NCBI RefSeq assembly: GCF_006345805.1
Contig: NC_042998.1
Location: forward strand, 174,220,001 to 174,284,000
Reading direction: 5' to 3'
DNA: 64,000 nucleotides
Source of the DNA: Octopus sinensis
Taxonomy: Eukaryota
Under the pieces are notes generated by a model that worked only from the letters and a program-made list of their open reading frames with translations, did not search any database and had not been told where the DNA came from. Position numbers and translations under genes: made by a program. Below, in pieces: positions 54,631-64,000 of this stretch (position 1 is the stretch's first letter; each line of letters opens with the position of its first letter).

Positions 54631-54680
<50 letters not shown>

Positions 54681-55236
54681 TGACGAAAGAACTCTGGCCG
54701 AAATAAGATTAAGATTAATGTAAAAAATAAATAACACTGAAGCAAAGTAACACTAAATATATAGTGCGTGTGTTTTTATTGGCTAAACTGGCAAAATGAC
54801 CATTCCGAAATATAACACTATCTGTTTCAACACACGACTTCACATAAAAAATCTTGCACAACAAATATATAAACGTGCTTTATATATATTTTTTGCATAT
54901 TATTTTTCCCTCTTTTATAATTGTGTAACTATATATGAGCGTGGTATTTGTATGTATTTGTATGTATGTCCATGTGTATGTGTGTCCATGTGTACATGTG
55001 TACGTATGATTGTAACATATACGAGTGTAAGACTGTATCCGTTCTACTTGTTTTCTTCCTTCATAAATATATGTATATACATTTGTAGGTGTGTTTGACA
55101 AACAGGAGGGTGCTCTTGTGTATATATATCTGCTCCCCTATACATACATAACTCATACATATATTCAAGTTTTTCGGCGAATGTGAATGTGTGCATGGGC
55201 ACATATACATGTGTATGTGCATGTCTGCTTGTACGC

Positions 55237-55293
<57 letters not shown>

Positions 55294-55585
55294 GTGTGTG
55301 TGTGTGTGTGTGTTTATATGTGTATAGATATATATGTGTGTGTATATATGTACATGTATGTGTGAGTGTATATATATATAATAATAATATACATGTGTGT
55401 GTGCGTACCTGCATGTATATGTGTGTAAATGTGTGTATATGCAGATTCTATGAACGAAGTTTTACTTTCGTCACGCCTATTAGAGTAACTTCCCTTTATT
55501 CGACGATTTTTTTTTTCATAGCGTTTTTGTCTCAATAACTGATGAAATGCCGGAGCAGGCTTCAGCCCCGACTTCCGAAACTTTC

Positions 55586-55618
<33 letters not shown>

Positions 55619-55629
55619 TCTCTCTCTCT

Positions 55630-55660
<31 letters not shown>

Positions 55661-55663
<3 letters not shown>

Positions 55664-55899
55664 AGGAAAAGGATCCCATTACCTTTAAACGGAATCTGGA
55701 CAAATTTCTTCAAGGAATACCTGATAATTCACCTATACCTGGATACAACTCACTCAACAAGAACTCTTTCCTCGAATGGACCATGATACCACAAAACCTG
55801 ACTTAAAAAGGATTTAGTTAATCCTATCAGATGGTGCTGTTCAGTTAGACAAACCATGGATCAATCTTTGGTCGAAACATATCTTAGTTTATCTAAGTT

Positions 55900-55900
<1 letters not shown>
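55661..55900 (+). mobile_element. 5'-truncated 3' end of a CR1/Jockey-like LINE inside (TA)n
   Basis: KDPITFKRNLDKFLQGIPDNSPIPGYNSLNKNSFLEW parallels TDPIGFKKSLDRFLQEIPDKPPTPGYVSVNNNSLLEW; similar 3'UTR; tail (atct[t/a]agttt)2. Confidence 0.8.
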
Positions 55901-55967
<67 letters not shown>

Positions 55968-56573
55968 TGTGTCTGTGTCTGTGTGTGTCTGTGTGTGTAT
56001 GCGCGTGCGTGTATGTGTGTGTATGTGTGTGTATATATAGAGAGAGAGGTGGGAGAGGGGGGAGACGGACAGACAGAAAGTAATGAACAGTTTGGGAATT
56101 TCTATCTCTCTCTTACTTCATATATATGTATACATGTATGTATTTATGTATGTTTGTATGTATGTTAGCATGTATATATATAAGCCTTATAAACACTGTG
56201 TATTCAATGTATGATGCACCTTCAGTTTCTCAATACACGGTCGTTGTAATGCTTGTACAGTACTCTGTGAGCGTGTGTGTGCGTGTTTGTGTATGTGTGT
56301 ATGTGTATGTGTGTGCGTGTCTGTGTGGACATGTTATTAAGTAATTGTCTAATTTTATAGACATACGGTTACATGCACGTATCCAACCCAAACCGCTATG
56401 GATCTCGAAGTATAGTTATTTGCGATATGAGTCAAATATACGTACGTGCTTTCTTTACACAAATTCGGTAGAGAAACTTTTCTTTCAGCTGTAAAAATTA
56501 CAATTCTGGACCGTGGGACAGAGAGAGCGAAAGTGAGACAGAGTGTGTGTATCAATGTATGCATGTATGTGTG

Positions 56574-56640
<67 letters not shown>

Positions 56641-58329
56641 GAGAAAGTGGAATTCAAATAACCTTAGTTATTTGAGGTGTATGTGAAGTCAATAAGTCAA
56701 TATTATAAGCAGCAACAATTGTTGTCAATTAGATTGCCAAATCGTTATCAAAGCCGTAATCTACCACTACATTACTAGCGCAGTTTCAGAATGCTGCATC
56801 TTGACAAACTCTATTCATTGAGTATGATATACAATCTATCAGTTAAAATATGAGCAAAACATTCATCTTCTTCTAAAACAATAAAGCTGGCTATTTTAAC
56901 GTGGAAACGAATAAAAAGTTGGCTTTTGCTCTCTAGAATGAGATGTGAAGTGGACACAAACGAGTATTGAAACATACGAGCTTTCAATCATTTTCGGTAG
57001 CTTAATCATTGCTCTATGGAGCTCGTGACAAATATAAAGAAAATGATATCGGCAAGAGAAAATGAAATTATATCAAGATAATCTCCGTGAATGAAAAACA
57101 ATATTACATGATTCTCATCGTGTATACAATGAACATATAAACTTGATAGATTTATCAGAATAGAAACAGTTTACTGCAAACAATCACACGTTTATATTTG
57201 TATGTGTTTGTGCGTATGTCCTCATAATATCATCTGTAACCACTCCACATGCCGTGGTTGCTGCAGATACCTTCACCGTTAATATAACTATCCTTCATAT
57301 ATATCCATCACACGAACACAGAACAGGATTAGTGTAAACCATATCATTTATCAACAATGACAGTTTCCATAATATAAAATAATACAATGTGGAAACAGTC
57401 CGATTTTGTATTTCTGTCAAATTTCCTAATAATATCAGTTGTTTGTTAAGCTGGTTTATCACTCTACAGAGAATACTGGAAATGAGGCAAAGGTAACGAA
57501 TGAGAACTGTGAAGAATTCACGGCTTTATACCATGGTTCTAACTGCGTAAACGAATGAAACAGCTATACGCGTTGAATCGAAAACGAATGTCGTACTTAG
57601 AACCTCCTATTTTTTATAGTGTCATTTAACACACATTTCTGTGAACGATTTCTCTCTGTCTTCTGATTGGCACAGAGTCTAAATGGATGAGAAAGGTACT
57701 GAAACATAGAATCTTTCTCAAGGGCATTTGAAAAGCAAGTGAAGAGAAATTAACATAATTGTGAATTCAAGCCTATTGTAGTCAAGATGTCGTCAGAATT
57801 AACTGGAAAACTGAGATGTGCAGCTAAATTATTTTGTACAATATTTAAATATTTCTCTGATGGACAACAGATGCAAGTTTCTGGTTCATCCTCTTGATTC
57901 TAGCCAATTTATTTCACCTTTATATGGCCACGTCTCTTTAAAAAGTAACGAACTCGGTTCATTAACGTGGATGTATTGTTATAACGCTGTATTACTGAGA
58001 TATTTGCCTCATATAGCCATAGAGTGCTACAAACACATACATATCGTTAACTAACGATTTATATCGCGTCTGCTAACGACGTATTTCTTCTTTCAGCAAT
58101 GCACATCTATATGAGATCTCTCAAAGCAAATACGGTAATATGACGTTCTAACAATACATAAACGTTAATTAGGATTATAAAGATTACCGTTCATTATTAG
58201 AACTCCTTCCGTTGCTTAAATTTAGTTTTTGGGTCATTACTTCGCAGTTAAGTTAATGCCATTACAGATAATGAGCGACTAAAAGATTTTTTCATTAATT
58301 GTGGCAACTAATTGACAGAAGTGTTAGAA

Positions 58330-58540
58330 AGTGTCTGACAGACTGGCTCGCGGGATTGGTTCCGAGATCACTTTATTCTAAGTTCGCGTATCTCCGAGGT
58401 CAGCTTTGCCTGTTATCCTTCTGAGGTCGATAAAAAAGTACCAATTCGAGACAGTGGTTTGGCAAAACTGTGAGAATGGCGGTTGTTATTTGCTCTGGCT
58501 CTTTACGTTCTGAGTTCAATTCCCGCCACAGCCAACTTGA
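58330..58540 (+). mobile_element. Degenerate SINE fragments (6723 family)
   Basis: ttctaagttc...cgaggtcagctttgcc...cttctgaggtcgataaaaaagtacca and tttacgttctgagttcaattcccgcc. Confidence 0.55.
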
Positions 58541-59613
58541 GAGTAGACTTGATCCTCGCTCGGCTTAACGGCATAACCTAGCATCATGGGTAATTTTAAC
58601 GAAGTCCATTTTGTTGCCATATTCAGGCCAGATTTCGGATTTTAAGAAATTCTTCCTCTTTCCATCCCCCAAGTGTCATTGGCTGTGCCTTCTCTCCTTA
58701 CAAAAACATTAAAACATTCCCCATCCTTAAACGTAGTGAGTAAAAGAAGATATTAACTCGGTATTTCAATCTGATTAAGACAACGTTCAAACCCAGTTAA
58801 GGTTACGCATGTTGTCATAAGAACGAATGTCCAGTATTTCGAGTTTCAGTTAATGCAAGTGTTCTCCTATGTTTCTAAACAAGAAACTTGCTTAGACATA
58901 GCTCTTACAGAAGAGTTACAGAGATATCCTTGTTTGTTCATTCTTTTCTTTTCGTTTTTTTTTTTCAAGAAAATATAATTGTAAATGTAATCGTCTTATT
59001 CGGGGGAAGATTTATTACCAACATTTACAACCATAGAAATTGGAGTGTTTTCATAGAAATTGTGGTGGTTAGCGAAAAGATTACCTTTAATAACATATCT
59101 GCAAACAAGTAAAAATTTAAGAGAACCGCTTTCTTTATTGTAAATTCTATTTCACAATTCCAGCTTGATTGTTGGTTCCGGATATCTTATCTTAAGTAAA
59201 TCATTGATGTCCTTTGGAAAAAATTATAGAGGCGAAATGTTTTTCTTCCTTTCTAATATTGTTTTCGGTTACTGTGATTATATATCTTAATGCACAATTA
59301 GAGCATCTGAATATTTATAATTTTACATATATTTATTACTTTCAGTTATTGGACGACGACCAAGTTGGCGAACCATATCCAATCGTTTTATTCGATCATA
59401 TAGACCCAAATTGCTTCTCTCAGTCTGGTACGTATTGTATCGATTTTATTTATATAATGACAAAGTTGACTTTTGATATAAAGGGTTGCAACTTGATGTA
59501 CAGATTTACACGTGTATACACATACATACAGGCACACACACATACACACACATATAAGAGAGAGAAGAGAACATGGGCTTTGACTTTGTACTTCTTATTT
59601 CAGCTTTTACATA

Positions 59614-60534
59614 CCGTAAATCCTTGAGTATAGTCCTCCCTTCACAATAATACGCAGGGGATTTTTAGCGGGCTATACCTCTGAAAAACTTAAACCTTGT
59701 GTATAATACGCACCCCTTCTCTAACTTGAGTGAAGGAGGTCTATATAACGTCCTTGATTTGTAAAAATATATACGGTAACGTCCTTTATTATTATTGTAT
59801 ATATAACATAATGCAAACGTGTAGCTTTTCAAATTTTCTTCCGGCAGCCCTATTACCATGCTCTTCAGCATATGATATGACTTCAAGTTTAAACATAGTT
59901 GAATAAGATCTACGAGGCATTTTATGGGCATGTAATGTATAAAATGTTTTATTGGAGATTAATGTACAGGTTTAAGTCCCGCTTATAAAAAACCCTAGTA
60001 AAGACCCACAGTAGTTCAAACATTTAATACTGGTATTTAATTAAGTATCTATTGTTTGCCACGGTAATGATGCAAACTGCCAATGCAGACTGCAGGATGA
60101 ACTATTTAGCGCTAAACTATTAAGCACAATTCATGCGTAATTAATCCAGCAGTACCTAGTCGAACAAACACTTCCGCGCATGCGTAATACAATAATGGTG
60201 ATGTCCTTAACTGCTCTATGGGAATGTAAATATGTTTGCAAATTGCTTTTGTTACATGTTATTATGTGTTCTAAATACTTATATTTTAATAAATGTTGCA
60301 CACTGCAAGTTATGGATGATTCTTTTATGACGTCATTGCTTTCAGGCTAGGCTTAAGGTATTTTTGCGCCCGACAAAACAACATGCGTCCGAATAAACAT
60401 TGCCGGACAGCAAATAGTGACTCGGACATTGCTTAGAAAATATTTTTCACTTTTAACCTTGTATATAGTACGCACTAGGGATTTTGACCATTAAATTTTG
60501 GAAGAAAATGCGGATTATACCCGAGGATTTATGG
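59614..60534 (-). mobile_element. pogo-family DNA transposon deletion derivative retaining the transposase N-terminus
   Basis: TA TSDs; TIRs ccgtaaatccttgagtatagtcc / gcggattatacccgaggatttatgg; ATG at 59920 (-) gives MPRRSYSTMFKLEVISYAEEHGNRAAGRKFE (BrkDBD-like). Confidence 0.88.
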
Positions 60535-60739
60535 TATGCTTCAGTAGCCAACAATACATCATGTCACACTGTAGATGCAAGCAGCAGGTGCACTTGGTGA
60601 GCAAACCCATCGTCAGACAGTTATATAGGAAATTCAAGTAAAAGACGATTAGTAATCGAGGCACATGCCAGAATACGGACGACCTGTGTGTATAAGCTAA
60701 GGTGGGAGTTTAAGGGCAGTTAATATTAGATTCCAAGCA

Positions 60740-60890
60740 TGAAAGTATTAATGAGACGCTCAGAGAAGGAAAGAATGGGTGTTTTACGTTTCAAGCAAAG
60801 TTCTTCTTCAGAAACAGGACAGAGGAGAGTCCAAAAGAAAAAGAAGACGGCGGGAAAAAATAGCCACCAGTCCACATGCGGTTACATATA
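60740..60890 (-). mobile_element. PLE-type fragment with a degenerate hammerhead (60781-60815)
   Basis: GUUU-CUGAAGA-A-GAAC-uuu-GCUU-GAA-ACGU-A|AAAC; upstream gtatta.tga.gacgctcag shared with ~49562. Confidence 0.5.
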
Positions 60891-61029
60891 TATATGAAAG
60901 GTATTGCTATCTAGATGACCCAAAGAGTGTCGGTTAACGCTAAGTGCTATGGACAGACCGTAGATAAACTCTGTTCCTTATAAATGTCCTGTAAACTCCT
61001 CACAGCCTTGGCTTTGTTATTTCATTCTC

Positions 61030-61085
<56 letters not shown>

Positions 61086-61094
61086 TATATATAT

Positions 61095-61256
61095 ATCTGT
61101 AAATGTAATATGTGACAATTATTCAGTAGCCATGATAAAACTCCGGGTTTCGGATGTCGGGGTGGAAATCCACGCTGCCATCTCTTCAGTTATCCGACGA
61201 TCGGCAAAATTGCTATCATGGCTACCGAATAATTGTCACATATTACATCTACAGAT
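61095..61256. mobile_element. 162-bp hairpin element: 43-bp inverted repeats enclosing one hammerhead
   Basis: Arms 61095-61137 and 61214-61256 (2 mismatches); HHR on the minus strand at 61134-61194. Confidence 0.85.
61134..61194 (-). ncRNA. Type-I hammerhead ribozyme motif
   Basis: GAUAA-CUGAAGA-GAUG...GUGGA-uu-UCCAC...CAUC-C-GAA-AC-CCGGA-GU-U|UUAUC. Confidence 0.7.
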
Positions 61257-61319
61257 AAATTCCTCTATTTACATAATATCGAGGTCTCTTTCATTCTTTT
61301 GTTGTCTTACCATTTCTAT

Positions 61320-61359
<40 letters not shown>

Positions 61360-61637
61360 TATTTTAACTTCTACTTGTTTAAGTCATTGGATTGCGGACA
61401 TGTTGAAGCAACTAAAGTGTTTTTGTCAATCAAATCGAACCATGCACATATTTTTTAAAATCTGGTCCTTATTCAATCGGTCGCCTTTGTCGAACTACCA
61501 ACGCACGGAGACTTAAGCAAACCAACATATATGCAGGTGAATCTGTGGCTATACATATACTCAAGCTATAAGTGTATATATATTATAATACATTAGCGTG
61601 TGTGTGTGTCTGTGTGTGTGATTGAGTGTGTGATTGG

Positions 61638-61668
<31 letters not shown>

Positions 61669-62160
61669 CATGTATTTGTGAAAACTTTATATATAACTAT
61701 GCAAACGGGCTTGTATGAGTACGTTCATTGCAGCAAGGTCAATTGCAGAATCACTGAAATGCGAAGTAGTGTAGTTCTTTCTTGTAAAACCGCAGTTTCT
61801 TCAGGCGTTGTGCAAATCTACTGTGACAAAAGGCAAGAATTAAAATCAATAACCTGGATACATAAGCTGTACGTTCCGCATTATTTCACCATGGATGGTC
61901 TCTTTTTCCCCTTGATTTTAGACGAGACATTCACATCCGTTAAGCAGCGTATCTCTTGAACAGTGTACAAGTTTTCTTCCCTATTCTAATGAGCAAAATG
62001 AGTTCTGCTGTATTTGAATCTCTCTGAAGTCTTTATTCACAGCTATCTCCTGTTCCTGAATAGCTAAAATAAATGTATATGGACATGTATGTTTCTATGA
62101 ACATACGTAGCTTTGAATGAAAGAATGTCTTACGTATCTATACATAAATGAATTAATGTA

Positions 62161-62545
62161 TGATGTGGATGGAAGCACTCCGTCGGTTACGACGACGAGG
62201 GTTCCGGTTGATCCGAATCAACGGAACAGCCTGCTCGCGAAATTAACGTGTAAGTGGCTGAGCACTCCACAGACACGTGTACCCTTAACGTAGTTCTCGG
62301 GGATATTCAGCGTGACACAGAGAGTGACAAGGCCGGCCCTGTGAAATACAGGTACAACAGAAACAGGAAGTAAGAGTGAGAAAAAGTTGTGGTGAAAGAG
62401 TACAGCAGGGATCACCACCATCCCCTGCCGGAGCCTCGTGGAGCTTTAGGTGTTTTCGCTCAATAAACACTCACACCGCCCGGTCTGGGAATCGAAACCG
62501 CGATCCTATGACCGCGAGTCCGCTGCTCTAACCACTGGGCCATAC
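62161..62545 (-). mobile_element. tRNA-derived SINE; same head and body as 11617 but a different tail
   Basis: Minus strand tggcccagtggttagagcagcggactcgcggtcataggatcgcggtttcgattcccagaccgggcgg. Confidence 0.85.
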
Positions 62546-63139
62546 ATGTATGATGTACTTATGTATTATACTTTCTGTAGTGGGCTACTCTTAGTATCGG
62601 ATCATATTTCTCTTCTTTGTATCAATATTCATTACTTTAAACTAAAATCTGCAAAAGTATCGTGTTTATTTAAAAATGACTTTCTATAATCCATTTTACA
62701 TATATACGAAAACTGAGCGTGAGTGAGGTGGGTGTTATAGGTTGGGTGTATGCATAGGTATGTACGATGTTTTATAGATGTATTCCATTGTGTATGCGTA
62801 GACGTTTATGTGTATGTCTGTATGGTAAGATAATGAATACATTCAGCTTATATATCCAAGTTAAGCTGAATTAGTAAAATAATGGTATTGTCATTCCTCT
62901 TATACGTCTATTTCTAGACAGTATCAGAACATTAATACTACTATTTCATTTTCCTTCCGTATAGCATGATATAGAATATATTACTTAAGCAACTCTGTTT
63001 ATACAGATTCACCGCAATGATACGAGGAAATTTATATCACCAAGTCAACCGTTTAGCAGTGATCAAGGATCAGTGCTGAGATTTATTGTATCTACGGCCT
63101 CATACACGTCTCTTTCGATATTTATGTCAATGTGTATAA

Positions 63140-63160
63140 ATATGCATGCATGTGTGTAAG

Positions 63161-63202
<42 letters not shown>

Positions 63203-63315
63203 TGCATTCATCTGTGTGTGGGTGTTCATATAAATATATATCTACATATGTTATATATATATATATGTTTCTCTCCTTATATGTATATATATATATATAT
63301 TATATATATATATAT

Positions 63316-63386
<71 letters not shown>

Positions 63387-63507
63387 TAGATATATGTGTG
63401 TGTGTATCCCTTCTTTCCTGAGCATCCAATAATACTTTATTTGTTCCACGTCCTTGCGTTGTTGTTTTTTTTGTTTTTTTGGTTTTTGTTTTCTTGTTTG
63501 GATTAAT

Positions 63508-63566
<59 letters not shown>

Positions 63567-63570
63567 TATT
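63140..63570. repeat. (TA)n/(ATAG)n microsatellite cluster
   Basis: Direct reading. Confidence 0.9.
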
Positions 63571-64000
63571 TTATTTATATTTTAAAATTACGTATCCTTA
63601 CTTTTTATATATATATTATTTATATTTAAATCTAGTTTATATTTTTAAACCACATGTCTTACATTTTGTTTATTATATGTATGAATGAGCTACTCCGTGT
63701 CGGACATCGGAATGATATTTGATCACATTATAGAGCGCTTGGGTGTCGGTTTGGTGTCTGGAACGGGATAGCTTACCTCATGGCCAGGTAGAAGCTCTTT
63801 AACTTCTCCTAGGAAAAGGAAATCTCCAAAATAAAACCTGAGGCCTTGGAATTTCCTGGTTTTGTCAATTTTCATCTCACAGCGGCGAAAGTCTTCTTTG
63901 GCCAGTAGATGGGGGTAGTGCACTACAAGCTACACCCACTGAAAATTATTCATCTGCATAGGTACTTCTTGTAGACGAAATCTTAGTAAAATCATTGAAT

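Noticed and set aside
63690-64000. Possible RT fragment (KPEALEFPGFV)
   Set aside because: One weak motif, truncated by the window edge

Overview
AT-rich, microsatellite-dense eukaryotic DNA. The SINE families, (TA)n/(ATAG)n/(CA)n load and LINE content suggest a cephalopod (Octopus-like) intergenic or intronic region; this is an inference. I recognised no intact host gene, and almost all ORF-track entries are microsatellite translations. The window is a transposon graveyard: a near full-length CR1/Jockey-like LINE (36.6-41.1 kb, ORF1 with a Myb/SANT-like N-terminus and two CCCH fingers), a 5'-inverted R4/Dong-type LINE, a degenerate mariner, pogo-type elements, non-autonomous Helitrons, tRNA-derived SINEs and two RT-deleted Penelope-like elements (PLEs) that keep the GIY-YIG endonuclease. 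The main signal is RNA-structural. Four sequence-unrelated short palindromic (foldback) element families each carry two outward-facing minimal type-I hammerhead ribozyme (HHR) motifs. Two families have non-canonical cores that keep the 3-8 pair by covariation (U3:A8 and A3:U8). One family has back-to-back tRNA-like Pol III heads driving into the hammerheads. All folds were done by eye and ribozyme activity is untested.
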